Below are positions 57,191 through 64,000 of a stretch of DNA of 64,000 nucleotides, one piece after another. How positions within the stretch are numbered: the stretch's first letter is position 1; each line of letters starts with the position of its first letter. The notes under the pieces were generated by a model, which was given only the letters and a program-made list of their open reading frames with translations, was not told where the DNA came from and ran no database searches. The DNA is taken from NCBI GenBank assembly GCA_009103225.1, contig RHPI01002990.1, positions 109,034 to 173,033 on the forward strand. The letters are read 5' to 3'. The DNA is from Chlorokybus atmophyticus (Eukaryota > Plantae > Mesostigma and Chlorokybus algae). The position numbers and the translations under genes were made by a program.

Positions 57191-60100
57191 TAAGCAAACA
57201 TGAGCAATATTGTGATGTTGGGATGTGCTCTGGATGGCCGATGTATATAATAAAATTCAACGGCTTGAGATTGGTAGTCACCGCAGCCAATCATTGGCTG
57301 CCGCTCATGATGAGCGGACGCATACAGCCGCGCAGCCCGCCAGTCGCGGGTGCCTATGTGTGATGGGCCAGTGGGCTTTTCGCACTGTTCGTCGCGTGGG
57401 GATACGTGTGTAATGTGCCGGCCGGCCCGACAAAACAGCCGCACCACTAGTTCTTGACTATACGATAATGGTACAGCTTTGTTTAGGGGGTCATTGTCCT
57501 CATGTAATCCTCATGAAATGGGGGTAGCACGAAGCTGTGACGCAAGAAAGACGAGAATTAAAGCTACAACAAGCCTTGAAGGGAACAATGCACAACGCCA
57601 ATAAACACAGCAATGCAAAATTTCGCACTCGCAACACAATTACAATTGATGAGATTACGTTAACGCTTTCACCAAGTTGGCAAAGCCATACCAAGTATTT
57701 AAGCTTCAAGGTTAACTGGTTGAATTGCTTAACAAGCCCTTAAGGTGTAATGCAAGTGCAGCATGAATGTCATGACGTCATGAGTATTACACTGCAAAGG
57801 CGGGTGCTGCGTGGAATGAAAGAAGCTGTTGTTAACGGAAAAGCAATATGTTGAAAGATTTGCAGCACTTGCCATTGCGTTCACGTGCCAGCTTGAAACT
57901 TGTAAATACGAAGCCCACTGTTATATTGGTGGTCTCATCATTAAAACCGCAACATCATAGTCGTATTTTGCAATGCTTAACATTTGCGTTTTGCTAGATG
58001 GATTGCATCAACATAAGCGTTGACCCTTAGGAAGCACAGTTGCGGACGTTGCAACCGAGGAGGACGCAATGCTCGCGATGCAATGAGCCGCGTTGTGTGC
58101 GGGACAATTGTGAGTGGTTGTCTGCGTGTGCCAATGGCATTATGTTAGCGAGCTTCACGCGCAACACTTGCAAATTCGCACATATCTATGACATATGTAT
58201 CTTACCATATACATCACGATGAGATTCATATTTGCATACGACGTTACAACATAAATATCAACAATGCTGTGCTAAGCAGGGCTTTATAACTGTGCACCGA
58301 AGTGTACGTTGACGAAAAATAATGTGCAAGCAACAAGAGTACATTCACGGTCCGTGAACTTAAGGTCAACTATTATGCACACCTTTGATATGAGCAAAGG
58401 TGTGCATAATATGAGCATTATAACACAAGTTGAACAAGATGTATATGAGCAAATTCGCATGGCTGTTGTATATTCTATTTATGGGTATCGTTTTTGTAAA
58501 TCTGCTACATTAGAACATAATACCGCCGGGAACCGATGATACCTAAGAATAATGTTATTGGTTGTGGGTACAACCAGTATGCTTGTAAACATCAAGCGTA
58601 TTAAGGGAAAATCTTGCAAGTTTAGCAGGGAGTATGCATAGGGGCGTGAGCCGGAAGACGCCTCGAGCCGTGACATCAGAGGGTCGCTGCGTGACGCTCA
58701 TCCGTTGCGTGACGTTGCTGCTGCGCCAAGCCTGTGCGTCAGGCGGCCGCGATTCCAATATTTTGATACAAGGCCATGATTGCCCGAAGCATGTTGCTAC
58801 AAGCATGCATGTTGGTTATAAGCATATTGTTCTTGTAGAAGGTATACTGAACAAGAATTTGCTCGTTCGGAAGTGTATACCACACTTACATTATGAGTGT
58901 CCTTGATGCTTATGTATATATGTTCAAACATATCACACGCTTATACGGAGGTAGACATAAATACGTTATGCACATGTATATGTGTGTGCCGTACAAGCTT
59001 ATGCATTGCATGTTGTCAAAGTGTAATAGTTGAGTGGGGAGGGTCGGGTTTCCGCTTGCGTGTGTGTGCGAGCGCGAGTGTGTGCAAGTGCCTGCATGTG
59101 CGTGCGTGTCGGTGCAAGTGTCTGCGAGTGTGTGTGCGTATGCGTTGTCTGTGATGTCGTCTGTTGTTGGCATCTGGACTAAGCACACCAACATTATCCC
59201 TTGTGTTCTTGCAGTTCTTGATGCACGGCATTGATTACCAGTTAATCTTTGTGGTCGACAGCACATTGGTGTATACATAGATTTCGTAATCTATCTGTTG
59301 TTGTCGTTAATTGGCGCCCAGGCCGTCACGGTCACAGCACCGCGCTTCATCACCGCCTGCGCCCGCTGTAGCGCACAGGCGACGCATTGCTGGCAGACAG
59401 GCAGGGAGACATCCACCCGGTGCAGCTCCGCCCCATGCGCCGCCACAAAGTAGCTGTGCTACGCTTGCAAACAGTGAACAAGCGACACCAACACTCCACA
59501 AGCAACGCTCAGCACCAAGTGGCACCAACACAATTGCACCAGAAAGCGGCATTGAGCACCAATGTACAAAGGGGTATGCTGTGAAGTGTCAGACTGCCGT
59601 GCTACACTGCATCTATGCAAGCTAGTCAGCACAATCAAGTGCACGCTTAGTCAGCATCTAGGGTAGGCAATAACCTATAGAAATAACCTGGCAACAACAG
59701 CACTAAACTATACACAAACGTTACTATATACAGACGTACACGTCCTCACCGCGTCTCGCTCGCTGCAGTATACCACACCCTACTACACCACTCACACCCT
59801 ACACCAGCAGCTAGCACAGCCTGTTTACACCCTCCTCGTTTTGCTCCGCTTGCACGCCCTCCGTCTCTTCGTCATCAATACTACAGCGTCTCGCCTGTCC
59901 AGCAGTGCACAAATGTGCGTGCATGCATGCTCACGCGTGTTCAGGGTTCAGAAGGACTCGAAAACCAGGAACTGTGCGTGCACATGCGCATACGTGCAGA
60001 GCGGGTGCATGTGGTTGTGGACTTGATCTATGCATCCAAAGCACCTTTCAACATACGGCACCCGACACCGCGCTCATCATCATCATCATGCAAGCCCACC

Positions 60101-60426
60101 AGATGCAAACATGCAATAGCAGACGCCTCTTCTGGGAATGCCAGTCTGAACTGACTCGACGATGCATGGTTTTCTCGCAGCATCCCTTATTTACCTCCCG
60201 TGTGCCAGCTGATGAACTTTGGTGCTCTAGCATAGGAGCCACTTGCGGCGAGTCTGCTGCCTGCTTCTCGTTGCTCACCCCGGAGAGCACCACATCAGCC
60301 GCAGGTGCTGTTGCTTCCGCAGCACACGTCTCATCGCCACTCGGATCGGCTCGCTCCCAGCTGAAACAAGCAAAGACAGCATGAACACAGAGTCTCGGGC
60401 TGGCTGGTTCAACGTCTGCTATACAC

Positions 60427-63400
60427 TCACCTGCTTTCGTATTGCAGCCCAGTTGCACGCCGAGAGAGGCGGCGTGCACTCATGTACCGCTGCGAGCGCT
60501 GTTTGGTGAGGTTGTAAACGCTGTGGAGGGCAACGAGGCCGGTGCCAAGGACGGCGCCGGCAACAGGGCCTACAGCTTCGCGCAGAGCGTCCGCGATGTC
60601 GTCTTTGGCAATGTGCTCCCTGCGCCCGACATTGAGTTTCTGCTTCCTGATGCCGGTGGTGATCTCCGTGGAGAGCAGCACGAGGAAAAGGAGGATGGAG
60701 CCGAGGTAGATGAAACCAAAGGCGATGGAGAGGACGAGTCGGAGGGCTTCGGAGAGGGGGAGGAAGAAGAGCCATGCCATGTAGAGCAGGACGCAGCTGG
60801 ACGCCCATGCAATGGTTTGCATGTTGCAGAGCTTCTCTGAGGCGAAGGGTGCAGCCGCGCGTGACATGAGCGTGAAGACCCACGTGAGGCCGAGAGACAC
60901 AAGGATCTGATAGTCTGTGCCCAGCTGGCTCATGAACACGCGCACGAGGATGAGAGCAAGCTTCTGCAAGCACACGACGCACTCCCAGTAGAAGAACTTG
61001 CGTTTGTATCCTGCGTAGAGGAAGCCGTAGTACTTTGCTGTTGCTTGCATATACAGAAACTTGCGCTTTCTGTAGAGTATGATAAACGTGACGAGGGGGA
61101 TGCCGACGCAGAAGATGATGGCGCCCGGTATACCGACAATGGCGACCATTGCCATGTGCACCCCCTCATAGCAGCGTTGGTTCATCGCGCGCTCCCAAAA
61201 TGAACCCACTGCTGATTCTGGAACGTAAGAGCCTGCAGTATTGACGTTTCTGCAGGAGAACAATGTCACAATGCGCGTGGTGACTGCTGGCCACAGGAAG
61301 AACTGCACCGCAATCACGCTTAGCGCGAATCGCGGCTGGAAGTACTCCCCGAAAGTTGAAGCCCTCAACCCACGCATGCTCAGGGTCAGGGTCAATGACT
61401 GCCATGTTGCAACAGCATCAACATATCATTGATGACGACCTTCTCGACACAACAAACGCTCATGCCATTCCTGTGTTGTCGTACCTGTTTGACTCGAAGG
61501 TAGTGCCAGCGTGCAGTCCAAAAGAGGGCGGGGAGGGCGGTGGCAACAAAGGGCAGGGCGGCAAAGACGATCATGACCTGGAACGAGGTGTCGAAGCGGT
61601 TGCCATTGCCGAGGAGGCAGTTCGGGGAGAGTAGTTCACCGCCGATGGTTGACACGCTCGCAACGGCTGCTATAAGATGAGACATGAAGGATGGCCACCT
61701 AAACTGAACCCCAAATGCGATGGAGTTGACCTGCAGGTAGGACACGAGCAGCTTCACGATTGCGGGGACCATCATCCCCAACGTCATTCTCTCCTCGTCA
61801 ATCGCTTCAAAGGGCAGCTGTGACGCGGACCGGATGATCAGCACGATCGCCAGCACGGAGATCAGTGTTAACCCTGTCAGCGCCAATGCTGTGAGCGACT
61901 TCATCCCGCAACGTTTGCACTCTAAGCTTCCCGCCTGAACATCACAACGTACATGAACAGTCAACAACCCCTGACGAAAGGCTGCTCAGATCAGCACGCG
62001 CGCCGAACGAACAAAAACAGCAATGAGCATTGCTCACCTGCCCGGACAAGCCGTAACCGTCGCGGCAAACAGCACACAGATTGCCGTTGTAGCCTTGCGC
62101 GCACTGATCATCAGGCTTCCAAGTGCGATTTGCAAGCTTCTCCTTCAAACTCTGCACGAGTCAATGGAGGCAGGCTGTGACACCACAAGCAATGCACCGA
62201 CGAGCATGGCTCCAATCACTCACATCGTTACGTTTGGTATACGAGCACGCCTTTTCGTTGAGGCACTGCACAAATTGATCGACCAGCAAGGCAGACTGCC
62301 AGTAGCCGTCATTTACCACAACCTGTGAGGAGAGAGCGCCACATCAATCATGCACATATGTACACAGTGCGCGCAAAATAACCATGCCACGAGTGCTGAG
62401 CCTTGCCTGCGCGCCGCCATAGCAAGTAGCAGCATTGGACGGGCAGGCCGTACAATTCGTTGCATTTGGATTGAAGCTGGTACAGTACCCGCACAACGCG
62501 GTGCCAATGTCAGTGCCAGGATCTCGGGGATACCATAACAACAATTTGCAATGCCATGAAGTGCCACGCAACATGCAGTGCCACATAATAATAAAGCCAG
62601 CGCGCGCACACACACCTGTACGAGGGCTGTGTGCAGTCCTCGCACCGATCGCCTTCCGGATTGGTGTGCTCTCCCTGTAGGTACACAGTGAGGCAATGCA
62701 CGGTGGCAGACATGACGAGATACAAAGTGGGAGAGGGCTGCAGCCAGAGTTGATGATGGGGAGACGTGAGGTTTGCATAATCACCGGTATGCAGGCTCGA
62801 ATTTCAACGTGGATGCGTGTTGACAGCCCTTCAGGGGTGGATATGGCAACCTCGTTAATGCCAGGAATGGACTGCAGCGCCAGTGCAAACTTGGCAACAC
62901 CGCCTTCCGAATGCAGGTCAGATTCGGCGACAGCAACAGCGCAGATATCAGAGAGCTACGTGACAAATGCAGTCATCCACAGCTGCTTTGTAGTTCACTC
63001 AGAAATACAGGCCTTCGCTTTCTCAAGGCGTGAGTCACTCACCTACATAACCATGCATTTGTGTGCTATGTGATCTAGTTTAGGCAATAACACGAAGATA
63101 CACAAAGGGATGACTCCTTCACACATGTCATTATCATGCAATGCTCGGTGCATGCTCACATGCAACTGACTGCTCTTATAGCAAAGCAAGCAGCAACCGT
63201 TTCATCCATTCAAGTGGACCCGTTGATGCAGTGCTGTTGGACTTGGGTCACCTGAGGCAACGGTAGCGGCTGGCGAAACAAAACGCGCGCCGCGCTGGGA
63301 TGAGTTCGACAACAGTGTGGCCTGCAGCGCGAGTGATGCATTCGGCCCACTGGAAACCACCTGGCCGAACTGGTCGTGCACACTCACTGTGAGGTTCGGT

Positions 63401-63830
63401 AGAGCAGAGACCGACACGACATCGCTGCAAGGCTTCAAGTGTCAGTCTGATGCCAAATGGTTCGTTGCATTTGCAGGCTGTGTGCGAGAACCTCCACCTG
63501 AAGTTAGTTTGAGAAGCTTGCAAGTAACGAGCTGAGGTAGCCATCACATTGCCGTACCCGCCGTCTGTGGCCTCATTTCCTTCCCACGCGTCGCAACCCT
63601 GTCGCACCACACCTCCAGTAAGTTGCAACTACCAAAGCAAAGTTAACGTCGTGGCATTGTTGTACGCTTTGTAACATCGCTTGCCTGGAGGCTGATTGTA
63701 TTGTTGCCATCAGGGCAGGTGATGTTGGGTAGGTCAGACGACCCACAGAACAGCGCCCCTCCACCTCCCCGTTCAGCTTTGTTGTCACGGAACATTACTG
63801 CCACAATATGCGGGCAAGGTCCAGCAGCCC
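60427..63830 (-). CDS. Host multi-exon gene: POMP/pectin-lyase-like repeats, Cys-rich stalk and multi-pass TM C-terminus; 5' end beyond the window, 3' exons (to ~59.3 kb) uncertain
   Basis: FRDNKAERGGGGALF, WEGNEA..GYG..MAT, CTAC..ATCYGG|VVVNDGYWQS, CAQGYNGNLCAVC, KLLVSYLQV, YGFLYAGYK..FFYWECVV; exons 61398-60431 and ~61930-61485 are open. Confidence 0.82.
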
Positions 63831-64000
63831 CACAACCTGACGGTTTACAACAACAATAAACATGCTGCGAACGATGACGTGCTCATCATGCTTGTAATCA
63901 TGTCTGTGCGCTGGCGTACTTGTCGTTGCGCCACCGCCAGAAGCTGCGGTATTTCTTATGATATTTGAATTCGCAAAGGTGATGCGAGCAGCCGAGTCAC

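Overview
Eukaryotic, transposon-dense window, by inference from a green alga (short spliceosomal introns, chromoviruses, a POMP-repeat/multi-TM gene); the host species cannot be named from sequence alone. Positions 1-59 kb are a nested TE stack. It holds two chromoviral Ty3/Gypsy families: family A in three copies (1-4006, 4007-7505, 23273-28921) and family B as one full-length copy (10602-17532, TSD GTCAC). It also holds a degraded L1-like LINE, a mosaic segmental duplication, and a ~15 kb minus-strand Ty3/Gypsy element (33.1-48.4 kb). That element's pol carries a C5 cytosine DNA methyltransferase between protease and RT and a PHD finger after the integrase. It is interrupted by two hAT transposons (one with an intact spliced 641-aa transposase), and a 5'-truncated Copia abuts its 5' end. 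A second, distantly related DNMT-retroelement remnant lies at 21.4-23.3 kb. Chromovirus B has an extra ~120-aa domain between Gag and protease that resembles a degenerate N6-adenine methyltransferase. Positions 51.8-59.3 kb hold a tRNA-derived SINE-like element, TA-flanked MITEs and a repeated ~190-bp module. The only host gene is a multi-exon POMP-repeat/Cys-rich/multi-TM gene on the minus strand (about 60.4 kb to beyond 64 kb). Top leads: (1) the DNMT+PHD retrotransposon, present as two divergent lineages, and (2) the MTase-like domain in the chromovirus. Percent identities are rough by-eye estimates.
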